A stretch of DNA of 64,000 nucleotides from assembly GCA_964016885.1 (NCBI GenBank), contig OZ024741.1, positions 56,978,001 to 57,042,000 on the forward strand, written 5' to 3'. The stretch comes from Eledone cirrhosa (lineage: Eukaryota). Below the pieces are notes generated by a model. The model was not told the origin of the DNA. It was given only the letters and a program-made list of their open reading frames with translations, and ran no database searches. The position numbers were made by a program, and so were the translations under genes. Below, piece by piece: positions 11,640 to 25,339 of this stretch. Each line of letters opens with the position of its first letter. Position 1 is the first letter of the stretch.

Positions 11640-13785
11640 AGTGTTTAAATGACGAACCTAAACAGTTCAAATAAAGGTGAAAAGAAGACTGGAACGTCAT
11701 GTGAAAGACTCTCACCCAGCAAGTGCTCCCTGGCCCAGCAGCAGGGACCTGGCTGTCATCCAAATCTGCTGGTGTTGGGGGAAGAAGAAGGAAAGGGACA
11801 AGAACCAACTGGACGAAAGAATTGAATAGAACTGTCATAAAATGTTACCTGAAGAGGAACCCCATGGAAAAAGGCTATAGGAAACGGATGCATCACATCT
11901 GGAACGAGATTGGATGAACAAAATTTGGCCGGACAGGCTCGGGTAATAAGAACTAATGGATAGATAAGCGAGTTGGAACTGGAGGAACAGAGCAGAAAGA
12001 GTAAGTTGGAAATGGAAAGAGGAGTATGTCAGGCAAACGAGCCAGTGGGAAATGAAAGTGAAGAGGTTGAGAGACCTGAGGAAGCATCCGAAGCAGACAA
12101 TGATCTGAATGCTGAAATAAATAACATCTGGAACAAAGATACGGCCATTGAGGAAATGAATGCTGACGGGCTAGGGCAAGATTTGGTTGATATCCTGAAC
12201 TTAGTGGTAGATGAAATGAACAATGATAGTGGAAAACCTATGAACCTAAGATTTGTAGACAGGAAAAAGTTAAAAGAAACAACAGCTAAGGTAAACAAAG
12301 ACATCCCATACCTTAAGGCGAGGAACCTTCACCAATGCAACAATATCCTCAAAGCAACCGCAAATGCGGTGAGGAAATTACTTGGCATAAAAGCGAGAGG
12401 AAACAACAAACAAGAAAGATCAGAACCTTGGTGGAAGAAACAACTGAATGGTCAAATCAAGGAAATGAGAAAAGACATTGGAAAGCTTGAGTCATTACTG
12501 AATGGGACATTACAAAACATAGACACTAAAGATAGATTGAAAATAAAATACAAAACTAGGGGGAAAAAGCTAAATATTATCATAGAGGAACTGAAGCAAC
12601 GCATTGTAGTAAAAAGTGCAAAGATTAGGCGGTATGAGAACAGAGTTAGTCAGTATAGACAGAACCGCATGTTTGACAACCAGAAGATGTTGTTTGGACA
12701 GCTTGAAGGGAAAGAAAGAGGCAACGACGTGATCTCTGAGACGGAACAGACTAAAACATTCTGGAGAGGAATATGGGAGCAGGATGTTGAACATAATAGT
12801 CAGGCAGTGTGGATTGAGACAGTTCAAAAAGAGATTAGTGAACAAGCACACTAAAAACCTGATTTGAGTATCACAGTTGAAACTCTTAAAGGGCAGGCCA
12901 AAAACTAACCAACTGGAAATCACCAGGCCCAGATGGTGTGCAAGGGTATTGGATTAAAAATATAACATCCCTCCACCCGAAACTGACAACTATGTTCAAT
13001 GACTGCTTGATGTCGGATGAGGTACCAGAGTGGTTGACAAAAGGTACCACAGTTCTGGTAAGGAAAGACCGAATCAAGGGTAATGATGTTACCAACTATA
13101 GACCTATCACATGTCAGTCTGTAATGTGGAAACTGTTAACAAGCATTGTGTCTGAGGAAATCTACCATCACCTTCACATAAACAACTTGTTACCGGACGA
13201 ACAGAAAGGATGCCGAAAGAAGTCCCATAGTACAAAAGACCAGTTATTTATTGATAAGATGGTAATGAGGAATTGCAAGAGGAGGCACACCGGTCTTGCC
13301 ATAGGATGGATAGATTACAAAAAGGCATTCGACATGGTACCTCATTCTTGGATAACATCAGACAGTTGTTGAGCAAGAGTATGAAGTCTTGGGAAACAGA
13401 GTTAACATCGGGTGGAGAATCCTTGTGAGGTGTGAAGATCAAGAGAGGTATCTTCCAGGGAGATAGTTTGTCCTTGCCCTGATACCCCTGTCCGTTATAT
13501 TGCAAAAAGTGAGAGCAGGATACAAGCTGGGAAGAGGAGAGCTTACCATCAACCACCTCCTCTTCATGGATGATCTTAAACTCTTTGTGAAGAGTGAGAA
13601 GGAGTTGGAAGTTTAAAGAAGATTAGTCCAGCCCCGCTTTTTGGAACACTTCAAAAGGCCTGCTTGCTGGGAACAGCAAGAACACTCCGATACGTCCTGA
13701 ATATCTGAGGCTGCAGGTAGCGGCTTGATATTCATTTCAACAAACTTTCCAGTTAAATAACATCAATGTCTGAGACTCAAAGAAC
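11640..13785 (+). mobile_element. R4/Dong-clade non-LTR retrotransposon, internally deleted
   Basis: N-terminal WTKELN..CY...P...GYRKRM..IW; RT motifs WKSPGPDG, YRPITC, DEQKGC, IDYKKAFD, FQGD, FMDDLK; jumps near 13610 to the C-terminal LQKACLLGTARTLRYVL; ends in (AAT)n. Confidence 0.85.
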
Positions 13786-13817
13786 AATAATAATAATAAT
13801 GATAATAATAATAATAA

Positions 13818-15000
13818 AGACCAACTTCTCATTAACCGTATGATTCTGGAAAACTATCATAAAAAGTATAGAAATCTGAGTACTGTTTAGATTGACTCTA
13901 AGAAAGCATTCGATAGTGTTCCCTACTCATGGATTTTGAGAACTTTTGATGCTCTGAAAATTTCCCCAGTAATATCAAACTTCCTAAAATACAACATGTC
14001 TATATGACATACAAATCTATCACTGTCACACAGTGACGGAACTATAAATTCCAGCAGCATAAATATTAACTGTGATATTTTTCAAGGTGATTCGTTTTCA
14101 CCTCTGATATTTTGCTTTGCATTTACACCGTTCAACAAAACAAAATATGAGTACAAAGTAGACAGCAAAACCATAAACTGTTTTGCATGGATGACTTGAA
14201 GCTGTATGTAAAAACTGACAATGAATTAGAAGGACTGCAGAAGACGGTTAAGGTGTTCAATGGTGGTGTAGGGATGGAGTTTGGATTGGGAAAATACGCC
14301 ATAGCAACATTCAAGAAAGGCAGAATGACGAGCATAAACTCAGTGGAAATAGATGTGAATACAATAATTAGGGAATTAGAACAGGAACAAGCCTATCTAG
14401 GGGTCAATGAAGGATGAAAGAGAGAATGAGGAAGGAATGTTACCGGAGAGCGGGTGCTGTCTTGAAAACTGAGCTTAACTCGAGAAATAAACTATCTTCT
14501 ATAAATGCGCTTGCAATCCCAGTTGTCACGTACAGTTTCAATATCATAAATTGCAACGTTAATGAAATTAAGAGAATGGACACCAAAATCAGGAAACCTT
14601 TGACCTATAATGAAATACATCACTCAAACGCAGATGTGGATCACCTAGATAAAACGGAGGTAGATGAATGATCCAGCTCGAGCAATCATAGAGGATATCG
14701 ACCATTGGACTCGATCAATACCTTAAAGCCACAGATGGTTGAATAATGAAAATGGTTGCAGATCATGAAAGGAAAAAGAAGTTACATTCAGTTACAAAGG
14801 AAAGTAGGAGGTTTGCGGAAGAATTGGGAAAACATTTTGAAAATAATGGTGATTCTGTAATTAAAGCTGCAAAGAATATCAAAGTGTTGGCAAACAGAGA
14901 CTGTGCACTAAATGGGAACAAAAACCACTGTGTGGGCAGTATGTTCTCTGTGGCAAAGAACCTGATGTAGATCAAACTGTCACCTATCAGTGGCCGCAGA
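13818..15000 (+). mobile_element. Second R4/Dong-clade RT fragment (different subfamily), decayed
   Basis: KDQLLIN, IDSKKAFDSVP, IFQGDSFSPL, MDDLKLY, ELNSRNK..INALAIPVVTYSF; begins directly at (AAT)n. Confidence 0.85.
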
Positions 15001-15214
15001 CATTGTATAATTTTAATTTTAATCTATCCATCATAATTTTATCTCAGGATATGTTATGTTCCAAACACCAGCGTACTAACAACTAAGCTAGTTATTTTAC
15101 CAAATCCCTCCATTAAAAAAATATACATATATTTTCGAAATGAATTGGAAAAATACAGGAAGCATATCATCAGAAATACAATAACTCTTTCTAACATTAA
15201 CACAAAGCAAGCAA

Positions 15215-15372
15215 TTTTCTTGGGTAGGAGAAACTTGATTATATTGACCACAGTGCTTTACTGATACTTTATTTTAAAACCCTGGAAGGAAGAAAGGTAA
15301 AGTGAACTTAGGTGGCATTTGACTTCAGAATGTAATGTGCCTGAAGAAATATCAATCTGTCAATCCACCGCT
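15215..15372 (-). mobile_element. Decayed SINE family A
   Basis: CTGATACTTTATTTT...GAAGGAAGAAAGGTAAAGTGAAC...CAATCCACCGC. Confidence 0.55.
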
Positions 15373-16092
15373 CTCCAGTAGAAATATTAGAACGAAAAAG
15401 TTAAAGGTGCTGCTCACATGTATTATTTCACTTCACTTCTATCTGTCGTGGAATTCACATGCAAGATTCGCCTCTACGTATCGATATTTATTCCTCCGTT
15501 CTTATTTGTACTGTGTTCTGATCTCTGCGATGAAGTAAAATTCTGACTTGATTTCTTGCCTTAAGCCAAATGGTCGTTTACTTTAGAAAGGCAAAGTCTG
15601 TTCCAGTTGACATCCATAGGGCCTTCACCTGCATTTGATTCATGAATCTTGTAGAAAGGTAATGAGATTGTGTACCCCTCCACCTGCCTGTCATTCATTC
15701 GATCTGAAGTTGTTGTTGTGTTGTTGTTTATCTCCAAATCGCCCTGATTGAGAAAACTCATGAAAATTGCTGAAATGGTCAGTTTATTTTAATATGTAAT
15801 TAAAGAAATAATAAATATTTATACTAGAACACATATCTTCTGCACTCTGCTCACGACACATATGGCGTTGGTATAGTAATATTAGTAAAGTCGTTACAAT
15901 CTCGGATAGAATGCTTTACGGTTTTCGTTCCGCGTCTCTGCACTTTCTAACTTGTATATCTGTTTCGCCTTTCCCCTCTCTCGTCCATTCTCTCTCCTTC
16001 TCTGGAAGAAATATATATAAATATGATATGTATCGAAGTATCGAATAATCGAATAATCGATATGAAGCGCTGAGGGGATATGAGTTTATAGA

Positions 16093-16555
16093 AATGTGAG
16101 AAGCTCAAACGCAGAAATAACTGTAAAACAGCCGGTTGCTATAAATAATTATAGCATAAAAATTCTGATAAAATTCCCTGGAGACGGAAAAGAGTGGTCA
16201 ATGGCTGCCAACGAACTTCAAGCCTCTAGGAACGGCAGCGAGTGGTCGTGCGAGAAGAAGGAGAGGTTAAGAGGGAGGGAGAGAGAAACGTAGACAGATA
16301 TAGAAAATGCGTCGTTACCTCATCAGCTTCCAGCTATTTGAACGATTTCGTGCGGTGTCGGAAGTACCGTTCATCAGTATATCTGCTGGCTTGACGCGAA
16401 AGAAACATGTCCGTTCGGGGCCATGTTCCATTGAAAAGGCTTTAGGTTCGTAAGCGAACATTAACCACTCTTCTCCGTCTCCAGAGTATTTTACTCGAAT
16501 TTCTATGCTAGCCGGCTGTTTTACAGGCATTTCTGCGTTTGAGCTCCTCCCATTT
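16093..16555. repeat. Diverged inverted repeat (about 140-bp arms, 16093-16232 / 16430-16555)
   Basis: GAGCTCAAACGCAGAAAT..CTGTAAAACAGCCGG...TGGAGACGGA.AAGAGTGGT occurs on opposite strands. Confidence 0.85.
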
Positions 16556-16688
16556 ATATAAACACACACTCAAGTACAATATTGTAGCACAATAAAGCAA
16601 TGCAAATATCGGATAAGTAGCACTCAACAGTTTATTGGACTGGAGTATATATAAGAACAAATTAAAAGATGGTTAAAAAAGTTCCATG

Positions 16689-16759
16689 TATTTTATTATG
16701 CGCATTTCAAAAACAAATATCATCCAGGGACGATATTTGCGTTCTCATCCGATAAAATA
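16689..16759 (-). ncRNA. Type I hammerhead ribozyme fold (core variant CGGAUGA)
   Basis: Reverse complement of the motif at 16853-16923. Confidence 0.65.
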
Positions 16760-16852
16760 GGGAGACATGATATGAAGCTTAAAAAAGACACTTGTGATCA
16801 AGACACTACCTTGCTCACAAGTGTCTTTTTTAAGCTTCATATCATGTCTCCC

Positions 16853-16923
16853 TATTTTATCGGATGAGAACGCAAATATCGTCCCTGGATGATATTTGTT
16901 TTTGAAATGCGCATAATAAAATA
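16853..16923 (+). ncRNA. Type I hammerhead ribozyme fold (core variant CGGAUGA)
   Basis: TATTTTAT-CGGATGA-stem II-GAAA-TGCGCA-TA-ATAAAATA. Confidence 0.65.
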
Positions 16924-17098
16924 CATGGAACTTTTTAACCATCTTTTAATTTCTTCTTATATATATATGTGTGTGTAGGAGGTGAGTTTTATTGTAGTAC
17001 AATAAAGCAATGCAAATATCGGATAAGTAGCACTCTACAGTTTGTAGGACTGGAGTATAAATAATATAAGATCAAAAGATGGTTAAAAGAGTTCCAAG

Positions 17099-17169
17099 TA
17101 TTTTATTATGCACATTTCAAAAACAAATATCATCATGAGATGACATTTGCGTTTTCGTCAGATAAAATA
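17099..17169 (-). ncRNA. Type I hammerhead ribozyme (CUGACGA core intact)
   Basis: Minus strand TATTTTAT-CTGACGA-stem II-GAAA-TGTGCA-TA-ATAAAATA. Confidence 0.75.
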
Positions 17170-17303
17170 GGGATACATGATATAAAGGTTAAAAAACATT
17201 TGTGAATAGTGAAGTTTTAAATCAACATATCATGTTGATTATATATGTTGATTTAAAACTTCACTATTCACAAGTGTTTTTTAACTTTCATATCATGTAT
17301 CCC

Positions 17304-17374
17304 TATTTTATCTGACGAAAACGCAAATGTCATCTCATGATGATATTTGTTTTTGAAATGCACATAATAAAATA
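17304..17374 (+). ncRNA. Type I hammerhead ribozyme (CUGACGA core intact)
   Basis: TATTTTAT-CTGACGA-AAACGCAAATGTCATC-TCAT-GATGATATTTGTTTTT-GAAA-TGCACA-TA-ATAAAATA. Confidence 0.75.
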
Positions 17375-17404
17375 CTTGGACCTCTTTTAACCATCTTTTG
17401 ATCT

Positions 17405-17689
<285 letters not shown>

Positions 17690-18011
17690 GTAGGAAAGTA
17701 ACACACAAGTTAATATATATAAAAATAAATAGTAGAGAGGAAAAAGATTTTTTCAGTAGAAAATGCTGAAAAAATTCTTTCAGTAAAATATCAAAACATT
17801 TATTTATTTATAAAGTGGATATTTCCGCATTTAATAATGGTACCGGTTTCAGCATTATATGCTTTTTCAACTGCGGATATACATAATGTTGCATATTTAT
17901 AGGAATAATAAAATGGGGAAGAAAAATTATTAGTTTTTACATACATATTTAGAGAGGAGAGTTCATATCTCTGTCCGTGTTTGTCCTTTCTCTGTTAGTT
18001 GGCTGACAGAG

Positions 18012-18081
<70 letters not shown>

Positions 18082-18567
18082 AGGTTACCTAATTGCCAGT
18101 AATAGGTAACGAAACATCTGAAGTGTTGTTCGATATAGACCAACGTCCTGTTCAATGGACATTTGTCTCTCTTACTCTTTATAATGTAGGACTCTAGCTA
18201 TAAAAGCTTCTACACAATAGGATACATTTTCAGGGCTCCACATTTGTATCTTTCCTCTTTTCAAGGTCGTTAAATAAACTAACAGTTCAGGGACTTTGGA
18301 TTAGCGGAATTGTTAAAGAATAGAATTGGATAATTTACGGTATCTCATCAGGCTCTGTGCCTTCAAAATTCAGATCCCACACCCTTCAACCAGAATTTGC
18401 GAACGGCAGATAGAAAGCCCGATGAAAATGTAGTTTCCTCGGTCGGATCTGACGACCAGCTTCTTTTTTTTTATATTACTTCTACTTGTTTTACAATATT
18501 TCAGAAATAGAAAAAAACTTACTTTTCTGCGAAATATCAAACACCAAGCGACACAATGAAAGTCTCT

Positions 18568-18572
<5 letters not shown>

Positions 18573-18616
<44 letters not shown>

Positions 18617-18669
18617 GCATACACACACACACGCGCACACACACACACGCACACACGCGCACGCACACA

Positions 18670-18754
<85 letters not shown>

Positions 18755-18935
18755 GCGAGAGAGAGACGGCTACCTCTTCTGAATACTGAATGATTTGATT
18801 GTACAGCCACCATATGAAATCTAAAATAGCGCCCAGTGCAGCATGATTTAACACACACACACACACAACATACACACACTCACACACACACACCACACAA
18901 CATACACACACACACAACATATACACACTCACCCA
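18573..18935. repeat. (CT)n-(CA)n compound microsatellite
   Basis: Directly visible. Confidence 0.95.
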
Positions 18936-19329
18936 CATTATTCTAGAGAAGTTTATTTACTATTTTCAAAGTAACAATTCGATATGTATATTTGCATACA
19001 GGATTTCGATATTTACATATAGAATTTCAATATAAATAATTCACTGTGCATAATTCAGTAAGAATGCCAAAAGAACTTTCTGGAAATTCTTGGCTAAAGA
19101 TTGATTTTGAGGAATATCGATGAATGCTAATTTGATGGAGTTAGTTCACCATTTCTTTCTAAATGATATACCCCATTCAGCTTTTATTAAAACAATTTAT
19201 CTTTTAAACGTTATCATCTTTATTTGTTCGTGTCTGGAGATAGTGTGGTTGAAAGACTGTTTCCTTGATACGTGAGGCAATTGTGTCTGTGTGTTGTTAA
19301 AATAGATTATATTGCCATCTCTTGATCGG

Positions 19330-19490
19330 GGTCGCGACGAATCGACCGAGTCGTTAGTATGTCGAGAAGAATGGTTTGCAGTATTCATTTTGGCTCGCTG
19401 TGCCCTGAATTCAAATCTAGCCGAGGTCAACTTTGTCTTTCGTCGTTACGATGTCGATAAAACAAATACCAGTTTAGTAGTGGGTCAATT
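19330..19490 (+). mobile_element. Decayed SINE family A
   Basis: GAATTCAAATCTAGCCGAGGTCAACTTTGTCTTTC...GTCGATAAAACAAATACCAG. Confidence 0.7.
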
Positions 19491-19504
19491 CTTACTCTAT
19501 ATAT

Positions 19505-20368
19505 CTATCATTCTATGGAAGAAATTGGCTGTGTTAAGACCTGGAGAGGGGATGAGCTTCGCCCGATTTAAAATTACCAAGACACGCTGTATGTTACTAC
19601 GACATGCCTACGACTCCATCAGGATTTACGAATCCATACATACGGCTCATAGATGTATTGAAATGCCTCGTGTGTACAATGTGGAATTGGATCCAAAGCA
19701 GGCGGTACATATAGAGGCTTTTCCACGATAGAAAGTTTGGGGAGTACTCGATAAGAGGAATACGTAAAATTTATTGGAGATCGCTTTGGCAAGGGACAGA
19801 AGGATGAGATAAAGTTTGTGAGAGGTATTTTTCCGGTGTTTTTTATGATGATCCTTCAGGTGAATAAAATTTCTCCAGTTTGTAGATGTAGACGATGTCT
19901 CCAGGCACTGTACGCCGAGATTTTAACCTTAACTGTTGCAGAGAGTGTTACTCGACATATAAGGGATGTAGAAATACATAACTAAGAGCATGGGGCAGTC
20001 CCTTCAATGGATTTGTTAAAAGGTGGGTGATTGTAGCGAGGCTGGCCCACGTGAATGAGCCTACTCTGAGCATGCGCCTGTAGACTGGAGATTTCAGAGT
20101 GGTGAAGGGCACTTCCTAAGGTGCTCTTGGCGATTAGAATGGTTTCGGATCTGTGGGCTTCCTAAATTACCCCTGAATTAGTGTTTCCCACTATTGGAGA
20201 ATTCTATTGTTTTCAAATTATCGTTACTTTGTTACCGCTTTTCTTCATGAACACGCTTTATATTATATATACCCCCCCCCCCCAACACACACACACTCTC
20301 CTTATCCAGTTGCATTGCCCTTTGTATTTCGGCCGTACTGTTCAATAAAGAAAGAATTATTATAATTA
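19505..20368 (+). mobile_element. Old Tx1-clade 3' fragment
   Basis: RWVIVARLAHVNEPTLSMRL* (about 20020-20084) matches the ORF2 end RWVREARMARVNGPTLSIYL*; 3'UTR motif CCCACTATTGGAGAATT; AATAAAGAAAGAATTATT end. The 5' boundary is weak. Confidence 0.7.
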
Positions 20369-20797
20369 TCAATATTGTTTAAAACGATACAGAAGAATTT
20401 TTTCCAATTGTATTTATGTTTCTAAATCATTGAAATAGTTTAGTGATAAATTAAACTAGACGTTTGTGGTATGGTCATGTTCATTTATGACTGTACATGA
20501 CTATATATTTTTAACGATTTAACATCATTAACTCTGAAATTACACGTCAGCAATTTAGCTACTCCTGATGTTTAATGCACTGATGATTTTGTAATTTTAT
20601 GGCAATCATATTTCTTTTTAATGAAAACAAATTACTAATAATGACCCGTCGATCAAAATGAAACGAGATCCTATTTAAAGTATATTTTATAATCAATCGT
20701 TCTTCATAACAGAATGTTTAGAAATAAGGGAAAAATGAAAACAAAGTTTTTTCTCCTCTCAGTCTTCATATTTCAATTTATCATAGTCTTGCTTTTA

Positions 20798-20874
20798 CTC
20801 TCTCTCTCTCTCTCTCCCCCCTCCCTCCCTCGCTTTCTCTCTCTCTCTCTTTTCAGTATTTTCGATTGGATGTT

Positions 20875-20949
<75 letters not shown>

Positions 20950-21105
20950 CTCTCGCTCTCTTTTCACTATTTTCGATTGGATTTCATACTCTCTCACTCT
21001 TTCTCTCTCTCTCTCCCTCTCTCTTTCTCTCGCCCTCTCTTCATTATTTTCGATTGGATTTCATACTCTCTCTCTCTCCCTTCATTATTTTCCATTCGAT
21101 TTCAT
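20798..21105. repeat. (CT)n tract interspersed with 3-4 copies of TATTTTCGATTGGATTTCATACTC
   Basis: Directly visible. Confidence 0.85.
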
Positions 21106-22544
21106 AGAATGCTACACATTAGTAAAAGTTAAGCTATTTGTTAAAAACGGAAAACTGAAAATTTGAAACGCAATACATTTAAATCATATCGACATCAAGT
21201 TAATCGATCTTTTCTTATTGCTATGATTTCATCTATTCATTCTCCTTTGTAGTCCCCCTTTCCCAGTATGAAAAAAATCTAATGAGTCAGTTAGTGATAT
21301 TTGACCAATAGCTTTATCAGGATCAGAGTCAAAGTGTTTATATTATATATGCAATTCTAAACTATTGAAACATGTAAATTTCTTTGTGTTCAGAAAATGG
21401 AAGCAATTGTACTAGACATTTGTTGAGATAAGGAAAAGCGTGGAAGCAAAAAGGCTTAGTGTGTTATAAATATTACACTTACTGGTGTGTCAAAGATTGG
21501 CGACATGATTATTAGGATACAACAACAACAAAAAACAGACCTTCCCCGCAATGTAATTGGAGTAAACCAAGTCATTTTCTTGGAACAGCCATTGTAATAA
21601 GATATTCATAAAATGATATTTACATGAGAGTTACAAATTAGATAGGTCCTATTTGCACATAAATTATCATTTCGTTACAAATACAGAAATTTCTATTTTA
21701 GATAAATGTTTGTTCTTGAGATAACACAGGAGTAATGTCGCAAATATATATTTATCAGAGCTGACAATAAATTATTTGTATTCCACTATCAACACTAGAC
21801 TGGAATATTCTTCTCTTGTGGCGTCACAGATATGACAAGTCACAGGGTAATCTTTTCCCTGTTGTAGAAAATAGAGCAGTTCAATTTGATGAATTAAAAA
21901 CAGGTAATATTCTCTTGTTTTTATGTTCCGGCATTAAACTAAAAAAACTATGGCAGTCACTTGCAATCAAGTATGACATAGTAGCATGTAACATGCTTTC
22001 TCTGGGGGGTTTAGCCGCCCATGATGTTGCGAGAAGACACGGGCACCATCTCGATATTCCCTTCCTCTCTTGATCCAGTGGAGCGTAAGGTATTTCACAG
22101 TTGGAAAGAAAGATGACTGCACCAATGTCGAGCTAGACTTTTCCTTATAGGGCTCGGCAAGATTTTAACTCAAAGCAAAGAGAACCGGAACAAATAACTA
22201 AATATCGATAAAGAAACTACCAACCCAATGTTAATGCAGTCTTCTTTCCTTCTGACTCTCAAATCCAGAATATTCCACTAGATTAAGGGAGGAAGTGTCG
22301 AGATGTCTGCTTGCGACTGTATAGTCACCTAAAACCCATAGCTAAAGCATCGTACATATTACTAAGTCACACACGATTGCGTGAAACGGCTGCATTTTTG
22401 CTTATACTGAATAATTATATAAGGTATTGTCTGAAAAACATGTGACAGAGTTGCTTGTGATAAACTAATTTAATATAAAAACAGCCTACATATTGAGAAA
22501 ATATGTATTGTTTCTAACAATATAATTATGGTTGATATTGTGGA

Positions 22545-22705
22545 AAGATAGAGCCATTAGGTTGTCTAGAAATGCCTTGCAGGACTTACTTTTGGCCCTT
22601 TACATTCTCAGTTCAAGTCTGGCCAGGTCGACGCTATATTTCATCCTTGTAGGGTTTGATAAAATAAGTACCAATCAAATACTGTGGTCGAAGCCGATAT
22701 AATCA
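22545..22705 (+). mobile_element. Decayed SINE family A
   Basis: CAGTTCAAGTC...TTTCATCCTTGTAGGGTTTGATAAAATAAGTACC. Confidence 0.65.
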
Positions 22706-23524
22706 GCTATTTCTACTGCGATAAATCAATAGAACTGCACATTCATTTGTGGAAACAGTTGATCACGCAATGGAATATGGATAAATAAAAAGAAGTATCC
22801 AATGTACGTAATTCTGTTTAAATGTTTCGTACTGTCATATTAATACTGTCGACGTTAGGGTTGGTGGTAACTTTGTCCTGTTTATGGAACTCTTTCTTGG
22901 TGCAGTTTTGGTAGGTCCGGTAATCCATAGACTAAAGGTTGCCAGTCTTGTTGGCGGGTAGGATTATTCCGGTGGATTCCTTCAGTCAAGCGATTACTTT
23001 ATACATGGATATGTGAGTGTATGTAGTGCACGCATATATGTATGTATGTATATATTATATGTATGTATATATATGTGTATGTATGCATGTATGTATGCGT
23101 GTGTAAATATATATATGTGTGTGGGGGGGTGTAATTATGTATGTGTATGCGTGTATATATATAAGTGGGTGTTTGCACATGTCTGTATATGTGCTTCTGT
23201 ATATGTGTCTGCCTGTGGATATCTATGTGTATGTATTCTTAGTGATCAGTCCATATTTTCACTATTATCTACTATTTTTACCACTCTCTGCATACATTGA
23301 TAAGCGCCAACATATACACACCAGATTGTTCCCGTCATACACTTTACACAGTTACAAGTATATCATTTGCTTTATACATGTACCCATTATCTGTTTAAAA
23401 TTATATTTACAACAGAATCATATTCAATCTTATAAGAGTGCTAAATTATTTAGAACTTACATTATTATGGAATATAATCTGATAAAGTTAAGTAAAAGAA
23501 AATGCATAGAGGATTATCTTTCTA

Positions 23525-24000
23525 ACAGCAATTGTGTTCTTCTCAATACGTGTGCCGCACCAGTTAAAACAATTGTTTGCCCTTCTTGCGGTGATGGTAA
23601 GCCTGGGATTATTCTCAAATAATTTTCTGTTCCATTTTGTTATCATTCCTAGTGCTCCTACAATCACTGGTATTGTAACAACCTTAAAATGTCACCTATT
23701 TTTCAATTTCAATCAGCAATCTTTATATTTTCTGGGCTTGTCAAATTCTTTTGTCACAATATTGTGATCACATGGATGCTCATTTCAATCAATAAACATA
23801 CTTTATTATTTTAGTCTTTTACAATAATATCCAGTCTGTTAGCTTTTATGGTTCTGTCCCAAAGAATGTCCCAAAGAATCGTCGTTACATTTTCTCCCTC
23901 AGTTACAGCCTCCGGGCGATGCTTATACCACTTGTCGGCAATTTTGATTTTATAATGCCGACATATTAACCAGTATAGATATTGGCCAACTCTACCATGG
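23525..24000 (-). mobile_element. R4/Dong-clade 3' fragment (restriction-like endonuclease)
   Basis: H.RVGQYLYWLIC..Y....KWYKH.P, ILWD, ANRLDII, PVIVGALG. Confidence 0.85.
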
Positions 24001-24124
24001 TACAACTAGATAAAAGATAAAGAGCATTTAACTCTTGATTGAGTCGCATGGGCGTGTCATAAGCATATTACACCTGGTGGAACCCAACTACAAGCGGAAT
24101 ATAGAGAAAGAAAAGAAGAATTGA

Positions 24125-24870
24125 TACCCGTACTGGACTGGCATTTTATTTATCGACCTCGAAAAGATGAAAGGCAAAGTTGACATCGGTGTCATTTGAA
24201 TATGGAGTGCAGTGACCCGGAACAAATACCGAGGCGCACTTAAACCTGCCACCCTAACGATTCTTTCAAAACTCTGCTTTGGTTCAACTAGATAAACCAA
24301 TTGAACTACAAATATTTCATTCGCAAATAAACAAAGGAAGCTAGTCTGTGAGCTATAAACCCTGTAGATGTATTTGCCATTCCTTGGATTATATCATGCA
24401 CATGAATAAATTTAAATATAAATGTGAATCAAGGTTGGCGGTTGGACAGAATTAGTAAAACAAGAGGTAAAATATTGTGGTTCGTTACATTCCGAGTTTA
24501 AATTCCGCCGAGATTAACTTTGCTTTTCATCCTTCAGGAGTCAATAAAATAAAATACCAGTCAAATATCAAGGTTGATTGAATCAACTTGACTCTTCCAA
24601 ATTTGCTAGCCTTGTATTTACATAAAAAATCAATATATACGTGAAACACGTATTTGGCAGAATTGGTAGAGCGTCGGATAAAATGACATTGCTGTGTTGG
24701 TTCTGGCGCTTTACATTCCGATGAGGACAACTTTGCCTTTCATTCTAACGGTGTCGATAAATTAATTATCAATCCAAGGCGGGTGTTAGACTGGAGGAAT
24801 CAGAAAAGGGTCAGAAGGATTGCTTGGCTTCATATGATCCTGCTGTATATGCTCTGAGTTTAATTCCTAT
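24125..24870. mobile_element. Cluster of SINE family A copies (24125-24275 minus; 24432-24632, 24652-24770 and a head at 24780-24870 plus)
   Basis: Shared body TTTGC(C/T)TTTCAT.CTT...GTC.ATAAA and A/B-box-like heads. Confidence 0.7.
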
Positions 24871-25233
24871 CTCCTTCTACCAGATGTTGCAATCGAGACC
24901 GTGATATTAAATCCGATGACTCAACAACTCTGCCAATTTCCCATATTACTCTTCCATAAATAACTCACCAAATCTGATTTATATCCTATTAATTAGGTTG
25001 AAACAATAGAGAATGTTTATATACAAATGTCTGCCAGCATGATATTTAATGACACTCGTGTTATAATGTACTACAAAGATATGTCAAATTATGGAAGCTA
25101 TCGCTGATACTAAAGGAAACGGAAGCAAAAATAAGATATATGGTATTTTAATTTGCAGATTCAGCTAAAGAGAATAACTATGGAAGCCAGCATTTTATTA
25201 TTGCCAAGAAATATATATATATATATTATATGT

Positions 25234-25339
<106 letters not shown>

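Larger units (their letters stand above)
16646..16965. repeat. Near-perfect palindrome 1 (about 157-bp arms, 7-nt loop ACACTAC)
   Basis: Arms are reverse complements with about 3 differences. Confidence 0.97.

Noticed and set aside
22800-23000. Possible long-stem hammerhead on the minus strand
   Set aside because: Core and stems are too degenerate to support.
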